In this document: positions 24,046 through 32,000 of the stretch, one piece after another | How the letters are laid out: the number at the start of each line of letters is the position of its first letter | How positions within the stretch are numbered: the first letter of the stretch is position 1 | Notes under the pieces: model-generated | Databases searched by the model: none | Seen by the model: only the letters and a program-made list of their open reading frames with translations | Told to the model about the DNA's origin: nothing | Source: Pseudodesulfovibrio piezophilus C1TLV30 | GTDB taxonomy: Bacteria > Desulfobacterota > Desulfovibrionia > Desulfovibrionales > Desulfovibrionaceae | DNA length: 32,000 bases | Reading direction: 5' to 3' | Assembly: GCF_000341895.1 (NCBI RefSeq) | Contig: NC_020409.1 | Coordinates: 1,830,001-1,862,000, forward strand | Program-made: the position numbers and the translations under genes

Positions 24046-24843
24046 TTATTCTTCCATGCCACCGGATTCTATTTCGTCAATAAACAGGTCCACCAGATCG
24101 GAATCCAGAGCCGTGTCCGCAAGGCTCCCAAGAATGGAAAAAGCCTCTTGAGGAGTTTTCCCTTTCTGGTACGGGCGGTTGGTGGTCATGGCATCAAAAC
24201 AATCCACCACGGCGAGGATGCGCCCGCCAAGAGGTATTTCCGATGCGGTCAGCCCGCGAGGGTATCCCTTCCCATCCATGCGCTCGTGGTGACAATACAC
24301 ATAATCCAACGCGGGGCCGAGAAAGTTCAGGTCCTTGAGAATGTCATACCCCCATTGAGGGTGGCTGCGAATTTCCAGCAACATCTGCTGGTTCATGCTG
24401 GAATCCTCTCCCGAAAAGACATGATCGCTAAATCCTATTTTCCCGATATCATGCAGAATACCGGCGGTACGAATGTGTTCGGTCTCGGTCTCGGACAGAC
24501 CAAGCCTGCGGGCAAGCCGTTCAGCATAGGCTCCGACGCGCTCACCATGGCCCTCGGTATAGGCATCGCGCGCACCCAGAGCGCAGGCGACTGCTGTCAC
24601 GGTGTTCAGGGAATTGAATTTGATGGTTTCCAGAAGCCGCTCCAGATGATCTTCCCTGGCTTCGATCTTGACCATCATCAGGCCCACGGCCTCGGCAAGC
24701 TCCCGAATATCCTCAGGATACTCAGGACCTGTCAACTCAAGAATCTCATTGGAATAATTTCCGGCGGCCACATCCTTGATGGCAAGAAGCAGCCGCTCGC
24801 GCGCGCAGAGTGATGCCACAACCCTATTTCCAGGCTGTGACAT
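24046..24843 (-). CDS. HD-GYP domain phosphohydrolase (probable c-di-GMP phosphodiesterase), no receiver domain
   Basis: GHGERVGAYAERLA, ILHDIGKIG and HHERMDGKGYPRGL motifs. The track start is TTG at 24855, with an ATG at 24843. Either start overlaps the 3' end of the upstream NmrA-like gene. Confidence 0.88.
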   Translation of the reverse strand: MSQPGNRVVASLCARERLLLAIKDVAAGNYSNEILELTGPEYPEDIRELAEAVGLMMVKIEAREDHLERLLETIKFNSLNTVTAVACALGARDAYTEGHGERVGAYAERLARRLGLSETETEHIRTAGILHDIGKIGFSDHVFSGEDSSMNQQMLLEIRSHPQWGYDILKDLNFLGPALDYVYCHHERMDGKGYPRGLTASEIPLGGRILAVVDCFDAMTTNRPYQKGKTPQEAFSILGSLADTALDSDLVDLFIDEIESGGMEE

Positions 24844-25687
24844 TTTCAGCGGCAAAGGTCTCGAAAGCTCTGGCCGGAGTGCCGGTCAGATGCTCCACGG
24901 CCTTGGTGACATTACCCATCATGCCCAGCTTGACCACCCGACTGAGGCTGACCAGCATGGAGCGTTGCCACTCTCCAAGACCGCATTCGGTCTGAATTTT
25001 GATAAATTCTTCTTCGCTGATCGGTTGATAGAGTATGTCCTGTCCCACAGCTTTTCCAATCCTGTCAGCAACTTCTGCACCAGAAAGCCCTTCCGGGCCG
25101 GTCAAAGCATATGACCGATTCTCGTGTTCTCCAGGGTCAAGCAGCAGGGCAGCGGCGCAAGCAGCGACATCACGCACATCGATATAACTAACACAGGCGG
25201 CCTCCTCGGGCAGTGCCAGGACCCCGGAACGGACCATACCTGCCATACGCGAGGCAAAATTCTGCATGAAAGTATTGGGCCTCAAAATGGTGAAGGGAAT
25301 ACCGGAATCCTCCACGAACTGATCAACCATGCCGTGCTCCCGCCCCAGCCGCCAATGGGCATCGGACGAAGCCGCATACCCGGAAGACCGGACGATATAT
25401 TCGATCCCCACCTGCTTGGCTGCCTGAACAGCCAGATGCCCGAATCGAGTCATGGTTTCGACCATGGGCAGGACTAAAAACATGCGCTGACACCCTTCCA
25501 TGGCCCGAGCCAGAGAATCAGGGTCCTGAAAATCGAACAACCGGGCATCGACATCCAGCTCCTTCAGCGCCTTGGCCTTGTCGGGGTCATGGACTCCGGC
25601 AACCACTTCGGCCTGAGACACATGCAATGCGGCCAGCAAGGCCGCCCCTATATTGCCGGAAGCCCCGGCCACGAAAATCCTGCTCAT
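24824..25687 (-). CDS. NmrA-family / atypical SDR NAD(P)-binding protein
   Basis: MSRIFVAGASGNIGAALL Rossmann motif. Its length of about 287 aa and lack of a classical YxxxK context are typical of NmrA-like proteins. Confidence 0.82.
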   Translation of the reverse strand: MSRIFVAGASGNIGAALLAALHVSQAEVVAGVHDPDKAKALKELDVDARLFDFQDPDSLARAMEGCQRMFLVLPMVETMTRFGHLAVQAAKQVGIEYIVRSSGYAASSDAHWRLGREHGMVDQFVEDSGIPFTILRPNTFMQNFASRMAGMVRSGVLALPEEAACVSYIDVRDVAACAAALLLDPGEHENRSYALTGPEGLSGAEVADRIGKAVGQDILYQPISEEEFIKIQTECGLGEWQRSMLVSLSRVVKLGMMGNVTKAVEHLTGTPARAFETFAAENVTAWK

Positions 25688-25777
25688 GAGATACCCCGAT
25701 CGCGTCTAAACAATGATATGAACTCGATATTGACAACCCAAAAAACTACACGAATCACTTCAAAAATCCAACCGTCA

Positions 25778-26392
25778 TCATTTTTGGCTTCCATCGGCCT
25801 GCCCAAGCATAAAAATACCAAAAGTCGCAAATAAATTCGGTCGAAAAGTGATGATTCGCCCCTTGGTGTCATGGTGATGCGTGGCAATGGCCACTTCCTT
25901 GACAATGGGAACCCCCAGTCCATCGCAAAATCGACGAAAATCAGCGATGGGAATAACATGAATATTCGGGGAGTTGAACCATTCGTACGGCAGCTCTTTG
26001 GAGACTGGAGCACGTCCGGTAAAAAACATCTGAAAGCGGTTTTTGATGTGCGTAAAGTTCGGGAAAGAAACAATGCACCGTGTTCCGACACGGAGCATCT
26101 CCCGGATCAATTCCGCCGGATCATGAACCTGCTGCAATGTCTGGGAGAGAATGACATAATCGAAAGTATTGTTCGGATAGTCCTCGATCTCTTCGTAAAT
26201 ATCGCCGTGAATCACGGATAACCCCTTGGCGATGGCCTCGCCAGCGGCATCCTCGTCTCTCTCGATACCAGTACCACGGGTCTTTTTTGTTTTTCGAAGA
26301 TGGTCAAGCAACGACCCGGAGCGACATCCGAGGTCAAGTACCTTGGCTCCGGGCTCTATCCACGAGGCTATGACCTGAAGATCAAACCGCAT
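25778..26392 (-). CDS. metW: methionine biosynthesis protein MetW
   Basis: MRFDLQVIASWIEPGAKVLDLGCRSGSLLDHL..GIERD..DYVILSQTLQ is the MetW pattern. The ATG at 26392 lies 5 nt after GGGAGG and overlaps the metX stop by 11 nt. The track ORF extends to 26452. Confidence 0.88.
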   Translation of the reverse strand: MRFDLQVIASWIEPGAKVLDLGCRSGSLLDHLRKTKKTRGTGIERDEDAAGEAIAKGLSVIHGDIYEEIEDYPNNTFDYVILSQTLQQVHDPAELIREMLRVGTRCIVSFPNFTHIKNRFQMFFTGRAPVSKELPYEWFNSPNIHVIPIADFRRFCDGLGVPIVKEVAIATHHHDTKGRIITFRPNLFATFGIFMLGQADGSQK

Positions 26393-27572
26393 CATCACCT
26401 CCCGAGAGACACTCGGCCGAGACCCTGTCGAGGAATCCACCGATGAGTGCATTCAATCTGTCATTGGGTAAAAGAAAAGCATCATGTCCCCAAGGGGCTT
26501 CGATTTCGCAGAAACTGACGTCCAGACCGTTCTTCTTCATAGCTTTGACCATGGTCTTGGATTGATACGTCGGATAGAGCCAGTCCGAAGTGAAGGAGAC
26601 CACGAGAAACCGACCTTGAGCACGCGAAAAGGCCGCCACCAGGGAACCATCTCCATACTGATTTTCCAGATTGAAATAATCGGCAGCCTTGGTTAGGTAG
26701 AGAAAAGAATTGGCATCGAACCGATCCACGAACTTGTTTCCCTGATACCGCAGATAGCTCTCCACCTGAAAGTCGGCCTCGAAGTCAAAAGAAAGTTCAC
26801 ACCGGTCCTGCAAGCGGCGATCAAATTTATGCCGCATGGATTCATCCGAAAGATAGGTGATATGCCCGACCATACGGGCCACAGCCAATCCATGCTCGGG
26901 ACGCCCGGATTCGTAATAATCGCCCCCGTTCCATTTGGGGTCGGCCATGATTGCCTGTCGGGCCACTTCATTGAAAGCGATAGCTTGAGCCGAATGTTTG
27001 GTCGTTGTCGCCAATGGCACGGCCGCGCAAACCTTTTCCGGGTAGCGGACAGACCATTCCAGCACTTGCATCCCTCCCACGGAGCCGCCGATCACGGCCA
27101 GCAGGCGATCTATGCCAAGGGACTCGACCAAGCGCCGCTGGCAGCGCACCATATCGCCGATAGTAACCACGGGAAATTCCGCACCATATGGCTTTCCGGT
27201 TCTCGGATTGGCACAGGTTGGTCCGGTGGACCCCATGCATCCCCCGATCACATTGGAACAAATAACGAAATATCGATTTGTATCAATAGGTTTGCCCGGC
27301 CCGATCATGATCTCCCACCATCCGGGCTTGGGGTCATCCTCTCGGTACACTCCGGCCACATGAGAATCCCCGGTCAGGGCATGGCAGATCAGGATGGCAT
27401 TGGATCCATCCTTGTTCAAGGTTCCGCACGTCTCATAGGCAAGACTGACCGGAGCCAGAGTTCTGCCACTTTCCAGGACCAGGCCGACACCAGCTTCGCC
27501 AAAGGTAAAGACCTGCCGCTGTACCGTGCCAACGGATTGACCGGTATCAAGTGTCTCTATGTATTCGCTCAT
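26382..27572 (-). CDS. metX: homoserine O-acetyltransferase MetX
   Basis: 396 aa. NAILICHALTGDSHVAG and the nucleophile elbow VIGGSVGGMQ are present in an alpha/beta-hydrolase MetX layout, followed by metW. Confidence 0.95.
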   Translation of the reverse strand: MSEYIETLDTGQSVGTVQRQVFTFGEAGVGLVLESGRTLAPVSLAYETCGTLNKDGSNAILICHALTGDSHVAGVYREDDPKPGWWEIMIGPGKPIDTNRYFVICSNVIGGCMGSTGPTCANPRTGKPYGAEFPVVTIGDMVRCQRRLVESLGIDRLLAVIGGSVGGMQVLEWSVRYPEKVCAAVPLATTTKHSAQAIAFNEVARQAIMADPKWNGGDYYESGRPEHGLAVARMVGHITYLSDESMRHKFDRRLQDRCELSFDFEADFQVESYLRYQGNKFVDRFDANSFLYLTKAADYFNLENQYGDGSLVAAFSRAQGRFLVVSFTSDWLYPTYQSKTMVKAMKKNGLDVSFCEIEAPWGHDAFLLPNDRLNALIGGFLDRVSAECLSGGDDAV

Positions 27573-27605
27573 TGTTGCAAAGAGTAATTCACCACCACTG
27601 CCCGG

Positions 27606-28007
27606 TCAATGACCGGAGACGGATTCCCCGCCAAAAAGCTTCCAACCCACCATGCCCCCGATGAGGTTGGAAACATCGGTATAGCCGCTCTGCGCGAGTT
27701 GCCGAACAACAAAGGGGGAACGATGTCCGGTCATGCAGACCACAACAACCGGAACAGTGGGATCGGGAGAGACCTGAGCCAGGTCAGCAAGTGTGGCAGG
27801 ATAGGCAACATTGATCGCACCGGGGATATGAAACCAATCGAATTCAGCAGAGGTTCGAACGTCGATGATGACTGGAGGAGTTGTGTGCCTGATCTCTTTT
27901 GCGAGGGTCCAGGGGCTATGCGGCGACACACCAAATCCCAGCCACCAAATTCCCTCCCAAAGGGCCAACAAGACGACAACAGCAAAAAAAAAAGCTATTA
28001 CCCTCAT
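27606..28007 (-). CDS. membrane-anchored rhodanese-like sulfurtransferase domain protein
   Basis: N-terminal hydrophobic MRVIAFFFAVVVLLALW, then VIIDVRTSAEFDWFHIPGAINV and the active-site loop CMTGHRS. It starts 3 nt after the MscS stop. Confidence 0.85.
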   Translation of the reverse strand: MRVIAFFFAVVVLLALWEGIWWLGFGVSPHSPWTLAKEIRHTTPPVIIDVRTSAEFDWFHIPGAINVAYPATLADLAQVSPDPTVPVVVVCMTGHRSPFVVRQLAQSGYTDVSNLIGGMVGWKLFGGESVSGH

Positions 28008-28010
28008 ATC

Positions 28011-29315
28011 CTAGTCCCCATCCCTATCAAGAGTCACGGCCAGTTTTGAATCCGCCTTGAGCAGCACGTCCCGCTGCGGGAATGGGAACTCAATGTCATT
28101 TTCATGAAAAAGTTTCCAAATATTGAGCAGAATTTCGCTGCGCACATTGGCAACGCCTTGGTCGGCATCTGCAATCCAGACCCGCAATTCCAAATCAACG
28201 GAGCTGTCGCCGAAGCCAGAAAGCTGAGGAGACGGAGTCGGGGTCTTCAAGACACGGCGAACCGATTTCACGGATTCTCCCAAAAGCTCAAGCGCCTTCT
28301 CCACATCCGAATCATATGCGATCCCCACCGGAATTTTCAGCCGTACATTGCTATCGGAATAAGTCCAGTTGATGACTTCGCCCGAAATCAACAATTCGTT
28401 GGGGATAAGATATTCCTTGCCATCACGGGTCAGCACCGAGGCGTATCGCCCCTGCATGGCGCGCACCACACCATAAACGGTCCCGACCTCGATGGTGTCG
28501 CCAGGTTTGATGGAATTGTCCATAAGAAGAATTATTCCAGCGACATAATTGGAAAATATGGTCTTGAGACCAAAACCAATACCAACGCCAAGGGCGCTGG
28601 AGAAAATGGCGAGACTGGTAAGATCAATCCCGACACTGGACATGGCGAAAAGAATGGCTGCCGTATACAGGGCAACTCGAACGGCTTTCCCCATCAGCAC
28701 CCGCAGGGAAGGAGTCAACCCCTTGATGGTTTCGATCCGATGCACGGTGAACCGGGATGCAAGAGAGGCTATCTGCAAAAGCAGAGCCGCCATTGCCAAT
28801 CCCTTGATGGCCCCAAGCGCATTGAAGGACGCCTCACCCACCGAAAAGCTCAACCCTTCCAGAAAAGTCGTGATCGGCTCCAGAAGTCCGAACACACTCA
28901 ATGCGGCCACGCCCCAGACAGAGACTTCGACCCCTTTAGCAAGGGCACGATTGGGCATGATACTGGTCAACAATCGAATAATGATCCAGGCAACGGCAAG
29001 GTTACTCGCTGCTTCAAGAACGCGAGGACTTTCTCCAAGGGAATGAAAAACGGCAACACAGACCTGCACCAGAATCAGGAAGCCAACCACATTGCCCAGG
29101 CCGATCAAAGCTCTCAGGATCGCTCCAGCCAAAACATTGGAAACGTTCTCCGCCACCCACTGCGAAAAGCGCCGCCCCAGACCGCCCCATATGGCTGCGG
29201 CCAGCAGAAAAGTCCCGGCAACACAGGCCCACTGAACACCGGTACTCACTGTCAGGACATTGGTATTCAACCAGCCTGTCAGAAAACGTATTGCAACTTC
29301 CAGCTTCTGTTCCAT
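28011..29315 (-). CDS. mechanosensitive ion channel (MscS family) protein
   Basis: Multiple N-terminal TM segments are followed by IKPGDTIEVGTVYGVVRAMQGRYASVLTRDGKEYLIPNELLISGEVINW, the MscS beta-domain signature. Confidence 0.9.
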   Translation of the reverse strand: MEQKLEVAIRFLTGWLNTNVLTVSTGVQWACVAGTFLLAAAIWGGLGRRFSQWVAENVSNVLAGAILRALIGLGNVVGFLILVQVCVAVFHSLGESPRVLEAASNLAVAWIIIRLLTSIMPNRALAKGVEVSVWGVAALSVFGLLEPITTFLEGLSFSVGEASFNALGAIKGLAMAALLLQIASLASRFTVHRIETIKGLTPSLRVLMGKAVRVALYTAAILFAMSSVGIDLTSLAIFSSALGVGIGFGLKTIFSNYVAGIILLMDNSIKPGDTIEVGTVYGVVRAMQGRYASVLTRDGKEYLIPNELLISGEVINWTYSDSNVRLKIPVGIAYDSDVEKALELLGESVKSVRRVLKTPTPSPQLSGFGDSSVDLELRVWIADADQGVANVRSEILLNIWKLFHENDIEFPFPQRDVLLKADSKLAVTLDRDGD

Positions 29316-29416
29316 CTGAAAACCGTATCACAAAAGGCCCAATTCAAAAAGCGGACAGCAACACACCACCATCGAATCGTTACCCCGGCCGTCCCCGAAG
29401 CACACAAGGGAAAGAA

Positions 29417-30280
29417 TCAACCGGCAAAAACGATATCGATCAAAACACCGAAGAAAAGCACAACGGCAATCACACCATTCAGGGTAAAGAAGGCCACATT
29501 GACTCGGCTCATATCGTCAGGTTTGACCATCTGATGTTCGCCCATGAGAACCAATCCCACACACCCGGCGATCAGAAAGTACACCCAATCAAGGCCAGCA
29601 GCCCAGCCAGCCAGCATGAACAAGACGGCAGCCACAACATGGCTCAATGTGGAAATAGCGAGCGCAGAAGGGATGCCCAATCGGGCAGGGATGGACCAAA
29701 GCCCTCTTTCCTTGTCAAAAGCGGCATCCTGGCAGGCATACAACAGGTCGAACCCCGCGACCCATAAGGTGACACCACAAAAAAGCAGTACCGCAGGCAG
29801 GGAAATAACAGGGGCGACACAGAGCCAACCTGCCAAGGGAGCCAGGCCGAGAACCATGCCAAGCACAAAATGACACCAATAGGTGAAGCGTTTGCAATAA
29901 CTGTAGAATGCCGACAAAGCCAGAGCCAACGGCGACAAAAACAGACACAAAGGATTCATGAGGGCACACATAATGACAAAAACGGCGGCGGTGCCGAGAA
30001 TGAAAAGCAGTGTAAAGGATGTGGACAACTCCCCTGTCACCAGCGGCCGATCCTGCGTCCGAGGATTTTCCCGGTCTATGTCCAGATCGGCATACCGGTT
30101 GAAAGCCATGGCAAAGGACCTGACCGCGACCATGGCAATGGTCAGAACCACCAGATTGAACAGACCAGGCCAACCATCAGCGGCCAGAAACGCGCCTATG
30201 AAGGCAAAAGGGAGGGCGAACACAGAATGTTCGATCTTAATCATCCGGCAGATAACACCAAGGTCTTTCGTCATTGTCAT
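29417..30280 (-). CDS. UbiA-superfamily aromatic prenyltransferase (4-hydroxybenzoate polyprenyltransferase-like)
   Basis: MIKIEHSVFALPFA, NRYADLDIDRENPRTQDRPLVTG (first Asp-rich motif) and YACQDAAFDKERG (second motif). The track start is TTG at 30295, with ATGs at 30280 and 30274. Confidence 0.85.
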   Translation of the reverse strand: MTMTKDLGVICRMIKIEHSVFALPFAFIGAFLAADGWPGLFNLVVLTIAMVAVRSFAMAFNRYADLDIDRENPRTQDRPLVTGELSTSFTLLFILGTAAVFVIMCALMNPLCLFLSPLALALSAFYSYCKRFTYWCHFVLGMVLGLAPLAGWLCVAPVISLPAVLLFCGVTLWVAGFDLLYACQDAAFDKERGLWSIPARLGIPSALAISTLSHVVAAVLFMLAGWAAGLDWVYFLIAGCVGLVLMGEHQMVKPDDMSRVNVAFFTLNGVIAVVLFFGVLIDIVFAG

Positions 30281-30380
30281 GTCTTCAACTCTCAATCATA
30301 CTCTTCACATAATTACGCATTCAAATCTTCACTACAGGCATCCGGCAAGTAAAGAAAAAAGCCTACACGGTTCGCGGAAA

Positions 30381-30821
30381 TCAATATTTATTGACCAGCA
30401 CGGCCCCCGCGATGAGCAGGCCGATCCCCACCAGTCTAGGCCATGAGATCGGGTGAATATCAAAGCTGACCAGACCAAAATGATCCAGGACCAGCGCGGC
30501 AAGGAATTGGCCGGTCAGCAACCAGGCCATTGACGTCGTGGCCCCGAGCTTACCCGCCAACACAATAGTGATGCACACGAAGAAGGCACCCAAGGCACCA
30601 CCGGTCCACGACCATAAAGGCGCGCTCCCGACCATGGACAGCGACGGCACGGGCCGTGTCAGAAAACCGAACATTCCCAGCGCAACAGTCCCCACGGCAA
30701 AGGAAACAAAAGCGGCCATGACCGGATCGTTAAGCGCATAGCGCAACCGCAAATTAATTCCTGCCTGAAGCGGCAGGGCTGCCCCGGCCAGCAACGCCAG
30801 AAAAATAAATATCCATTTCAT
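30381..30821 (-). CDS. small DMT-superfamily membrane protein (DUF606/YdcZ-like)
   Basis: 146 aa with five hydrophobic segments. The N-terminus MKWIFIFLALLAGAALPLQAGINLRL resembles YdcZ-type proteins. Confidence 0.72.
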   Translation of the reverse strand: MKWIFIFLALLAGAALPLQAGINLRLRYALNDPVMAAFVSFAVGTVALGMFGFLTRPVPSLSMVGSAPLWSWTGGALGAFFVCITIVLAGKLGATTSMAWLLTGQFLAALVLDHFGLVSFDIHPISWPRLVGIGLLIAGAVLVNKY

Positions 30822-30978
30822 CTAGGAAGGATATCCAGCTTTCTCCTCTTCGTCCATGGCTAATTCCCCGACTACATGACGGAATTGTCAATCATTCGTA
30901 ACCGGAGCGCCATTCTCCCCGGCACAAATCCCGATAGATGGAGGAATGTGAAAACCAACATCTCTGAGAGGAGTAATC

Positions 30979-31320
30979 ATGACAGAAACGCAACGCCGAG
31001 AAATCAAATCCCACCTTATGCAAGGGCTTGATTCCCTGAGCACACAATGGGTGGGTGAAAGCCTTGTTGTGGAGAACTGCCCGGATGAAACCGACTTCGC
31101 ATCTCAACTCGCCCAGCAGGGTGTCAACGTCGCCATGTTGCATCGCCGCATGACACGCATGAGAGAATTGGAAAACGCCCTCAAGCGGTTGCACGAGACC
31201 GACTACGGAACATGTGAAGAGTGCAGCGAGGAGATCGGATTAGCCCGTTTGAAGGCAAATCCTTCTGCCCGATTGTGTGTCTCATGCCAATCCGCCCTGG
31301 AAGACGGTCTCTCGCATTAA
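30979..31320 (+). CDS. DksA/TraR-family C4 zinc-finger protein
   Basis: 113 aa. C-terminal CEECSEEIGLARLKANPSARLCVSC four-Cys finger is preceded by a coiled-coil-like region. GAGAGGAG lies upstream of the ATG. Confidence 0.85.
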   Translation: MTETQRREIKSHLMQGLDSLSTQWVGESLVVENCPDETDFASQLAQQGVNVAMLHRRMTRMRELENALKRLHETDYGTCEECSEEIGLARLKANPSARLCVSCQSALEDGLSH

Positions 31321-31353
31321 TCGCTCACCCAAAACCTGATTGTGGGGTATATA

Positions 31354-32000
31354 ATGGCTGAATCACGGTTCAAAGTGGACATGCACGTCCACTCGAAGTT
31401 TTCCACGCGACCATCCCAATGGATACTTCAGAAGATCGGCTGTCCTGAAAGTTTTACGGAGCCGACCGAACTGTATGCCATTGCCCGGAAGCGCGGCATG
31501 GACCTGGTGACCATAACCGACCACAACACCATTCAAGGCGCTCTGGAAATAGCCCATCTCCCCGGAACCTTCATCAGTGAGGAAATCACCACCTATTTCC
31601 CGGAAGACCGATGCAAGCTTCACGTCCTGGCGTATGCCATTGATGAAATCCAACATGCAGAAATTCAAAAATACCGAGACAATGTTTTCGAACTAGTACC
31701 CTATCTGCGGAGTCAGGGCATTGTCCACGCCCTGGCGCACCCGCTCTTCGCGGTCAATGACAGATTGACGCCCGCCCACTTCGAGCGGGCGCTTCTCCTT
31801 TTTGAGATATTCGAGGAGAATGGCACACGAGATGCCCGGCAGAATCAGGTGCTGCGAGATATCCTCACCCGACTCACCCCCGTGGACATGGAACGCCTGG
31901 CAAACATGCATGACTTACGCCCGCATGGAGATCGCCCATGGGTCAAAGGGATTATGGGCGGTTCCGACGATCACAGCTCACTCAACATCGCCCGGATGTA
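31354..32000 (+). CDS. PHP-domain (polymerase/histidinol-phosphatase-like) metal-dependent phosphoesterase; N-terminal part, runs off the right edge
   Basis: Absent from the supplied track because it is open-ended. My own translation from the ATG at 31354 gives MAESRFKVDMHVHSKFSTRP..DLVTITDHNTIQG..HVLAY..HALAHP..GGSDDHS with no stop to position 32000. HxH, DH and DDH are PHP metal-ligand motifs. Confidence 0.8.
   Translation, partial: MAESRFKVDMHVHSKFSTRPSQWILQKIGCPESFTEPTELYAIARKRGMDLVTITDHNTIQGALEIAHLPGTFISEEITTYFPEDRCKLHVLAYAIDEIQHAEIQKYRDNVFELVPYLRSQGIVHALAHPLFAVNDRLTPAHFERALLLFEIFEENGTRDARQNQVLRDILTRLTPVDMERLANMHDLRPHGDRPWVKGIMGGSDDHSSLNIARM

Noticed and set aside
27573-27605. SAM riboswitch or attenuator upstream of metX
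   Set aside because: Only 33 nt separate metX from the upstream rhodanese gene, which is too short for any known SAM-sensing element.
28104-29534. 476-aa plus-strand ORF, the longest unexplained ORF in the track
   Set aside because: It lies entirely antisense to the well-supported MscS gene and runs on into the UbiA gene. Its translation is low-complexity (rich in G, H, Q, P, R) with no motifs. It looks like a typical stop-poor shadow frame opposite a real gene.
30892-31194. 100-aa minus-strand ORF overlapping the dksA/traR-like gene; also 31363-31668(-) and 31693-31911(-) opposite the PHP gene
   Set aside because: They are antisense to genes with clear family motifs (C4 zinc finger; PHP HxH/DH motifs).
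1-32000. Search for CRISPR arrays, tRNA/rRNA genes, IS elements, integrases, toxin-antitoxin pairs and known defence-system genes
   Set aside because: I noticed no regularly spaced direct repeats, cloverleaf-like segments, transposase or recombinase motifs, or small adjacent TA-like ORF pairs. A by-eye scan cannot exclude short or degenerate elements. tRNAscan, Infernal, minced and DefenseFinder would be decisive.

Overview
The window is chromosomal-looking DNA with about 35 tightly packed protein genes. I found no rRNA, tRNA, CRISPR array, transposase, integrase or IS-like terminal repeats by eye. All family calls come from motif recognition on the supplied translations; no database search was run.

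Gene content suggests an anaerobic, Desulfovibrio-like deltaproteobacterium. This is inference from the cooA-cooS-cooC arrangement, an iron-sulfur flavoprotein, many PAS and hybrid kinases, and an HD-GYP protein.

Left to right:
- An edge-truncated Cys-rich ORF, then truA and a TerC-family membrane protein.
- A gnd-zwf-pgl oxidative pentose-phosphate operon.
- A SAM-methyltransferase and an orphan family-3 solute-binding-like protein.
- A CO module: cooA, a perfect palindromic CooA-type box, cooS, a 204-nt structured spacer, then cooC.
- A patch of lower G+C holding a second orphan solute-binding-like gene, an unassignable 468-aa coiled-coil/4-TM protein, yjbQ and a 184-aa orphan.
- Two tandem sensor kinases and hxlR, divergent from nitroreductase plus an iron-sulfur flavoprotein.
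- A long minus-strand string: periplasmic-sensor PAS kinase, Zn-phospholipase-C-like protein, HD-GYP, NmrA-like protein, metW, metX, rhodanese, MscS, UbiA-type prenyltransferase and a DUF606/DMT protein.
- Finally dksA/traR-like and an edge-truncated PHP-domain gene.

I see no recognisable known defence or mobile system. The best candidates for something undescribed are the 468-aa membrane protein (11519-12925) and its lower-GC neighbourhood (about 10.4-14.3 kb). The regulatory architecture around cooS and cooC is also worth a second look.
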